Positions 46,974 to 47,676 of a DNA stretch of 47,676 nucleotides are shown here, piece by piece. The stretch is from the NCBI GenBank assembly GCA_023230905.1, contig JALNWL010000001.1, positions 1-47,676 of the forward strand, given 5' to 3'. This stretch comes from Syntrophales bacterium. GTDB lineage: Bacteria > Desulfobacterota > Syntrophia > Syntrophales > UBA2251. The notes under the pieces are model-generated. The model was not told the DNA's origin. It was given only the letters and a program-made list of their open reading frames with translations, and did not search any database. Both the position numbers and the translations under genes were made by a program. Every line of letters begins with the position of its first letter. The stretch's first letter is position 1.

Positions 46974-47676
46974 ATGAGTCAGGAAAAAAACGTCTATCAG
47001 TTCCGCGGGGGCTCGAAATACGTCCTCGACGAGGAGCTCGCCCGGATCGTCAATGTCTCCATGGCGCTGGAGATGCCGCTCCTGCTCAAGGGAGAGCCGG
47101 GCACCGGCAAGACGATGCTCGCCCACGCCATCGCGGAAAGCCTAAAAATGCCGCTGATCGTTCTGAACGTCAAATCCAGCATGAAGCTGATCGACGCCCT
47201 CTACCAGTACGACACCCTCACGCGCCTGAACGACAGTCGCTTCGGCGACTCCAAACGGGACGTGAGCAACATCGAGGACTACATCAAGATGGGCAAGATC
47301 GGCCAGGCCTTCACCGCCGAAACGCGCACCATCCTCCTGATCGATGAAATCGACAAGGCCGACACGGACTTCCAGGACGACATGCTGGACGTCCTGGACC
47401 AGATGCAGTTCGACATCATCGAGATCGACAAGACGATGACCGCCCGGCATCGTCCGGTCATCGTCATCACCTCGAACGCCAAGAAGGACCTCTCCGTCCC
47501 CTTCCTCGGCCGCTGCAACTTCCATCACATCGCCTTTCCCGACCCGGAGATGATGCGCCGGATCGTCAACGTCCACTTCCCCAACTTGAGCGACGATATG
47601 CTGGATGCCTGCATCGCCGCCTTCTACCGCATCCGGGAATTCAAGGGGATCGAAAAGAAGCCCGCCACGCGCGAAC
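46974..47676 (+). CDS. MoxR-like AAA+ ATPase, 3' end cut by window edge
   Basis: AAGGAG RBS then ATG 46974. GEPGTGKT Walker A and ILLIDEIDKA Walker B. The frame is open to the window end, so it is absent from the ORF track. Confidence 0.8.
   Translation, partial: MSQEKNVYQFRGGSKYVLDEELARIVNVSMALEMPLLLKGEPGTGKTMLAHAIAESLKMPLIVLNVKSSMKLIDALYQYDTLTRLNDSRFGDSKRDVSNIEDYIKMGKIGQAFTAETRTILLIDEIDKADTDFQDDMLDVLDQMQFDIIEIDKTMTARHRPVIVITSNAKKDLSVPFLGRCNFHHIAFPDPEMMRRIVNVHFPNLSDDMLDACIAAFYRIREFKGIEKKPATRE

Noticed and set aside
46806-47126. Upstream extension of the OsmC ORF (268-aa version)
   Set aside because: An AGGAGG RBS and ATG 46805 give a normal-size OsmC. The extension overlaps the MoxR gene start on the opposite strand.
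1-47676. CRISPR arrays, prophage or transposon genes, toxin-antitoxin or known defence systems, tRNA/rRNA
   Set aside because: I found no repeat-spacer periodicity, no integrase, transposase or phage structural motifs, and no tRNA-like cloverleaf segments in the intergenic regions I read. The HerA-like DUF853 and MoxR ATPases lack the partner genes expected for defence systems within the window.

Overview
GC-rich window whose gene content looks like an anaerobic sulfite/sulfate-reducing deltaproteobacterium (Thermodesulfobacteriota-type); the taxon is an inference. No rRNA, tRNA, CRISPR array, transposase or integrase was recognised. Main blocks: (1) nt 2-11974, one co-directional string made of a NarI-like/HdrD-like pair, dsrMKJOP, a Zn-alcohol dehydrogenase, acetate kinase and a sulfoacetaldehyde acetyltransferase (Xsc)-like TPP enzyme, closed by a strong hairpin. 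(2) nt 12.2-18.7 kb, an organosulfur accessory region with a gamma-CA-like protein, a visibly more AT-rich Tat-sulfatase plus membrane protein, and a PLP enzyme/TauE-like/DUF819-like transporter operon. (3) nt 19.4-27.7 kb, a YeeE/YedE pair, an octaheme cytochrome c, a DsrE-like protein, a cytoplasmic molybdopterin oxidoreductase, an MBL hydrolase, PdaD, an IscU-like protein and a peroxiredoxin. (4) nt 28-33 kb, a NifX-like/Mrp-NBP35/TrmO-like/DUF5320 cluster behind a PAS sigma-54 activator, with tandem palindromes and a -24/-12-like element. (5) Housekeeping and transport genes: a HerA-like ATPase, LysE, pcnB, a methyltransferase, NUDIX, a liv-type ABC operon with an embedded acyl-CoA ligase, OsmC and MoxR. 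The two most important observations are genes that the ORF track splits at in-frame TGA codons. In each, the TGA sits exactly on a conserved catalytic or pathway cysteine and is followed by a GGUC-loop hairpin at SECIS distance. One is a peroxiredoxin, a selenoprotein class with precedent. The other is the first half-protein of a YeeE/YedE sulfur transporter, which would be a selenocysteine-containing integral membrane transporter. Also notable is the physical fusion of an Xsc/AckA desulfonation module to dsrMKJOP. All functional calls come from motif recognition by eye; no database search was run.
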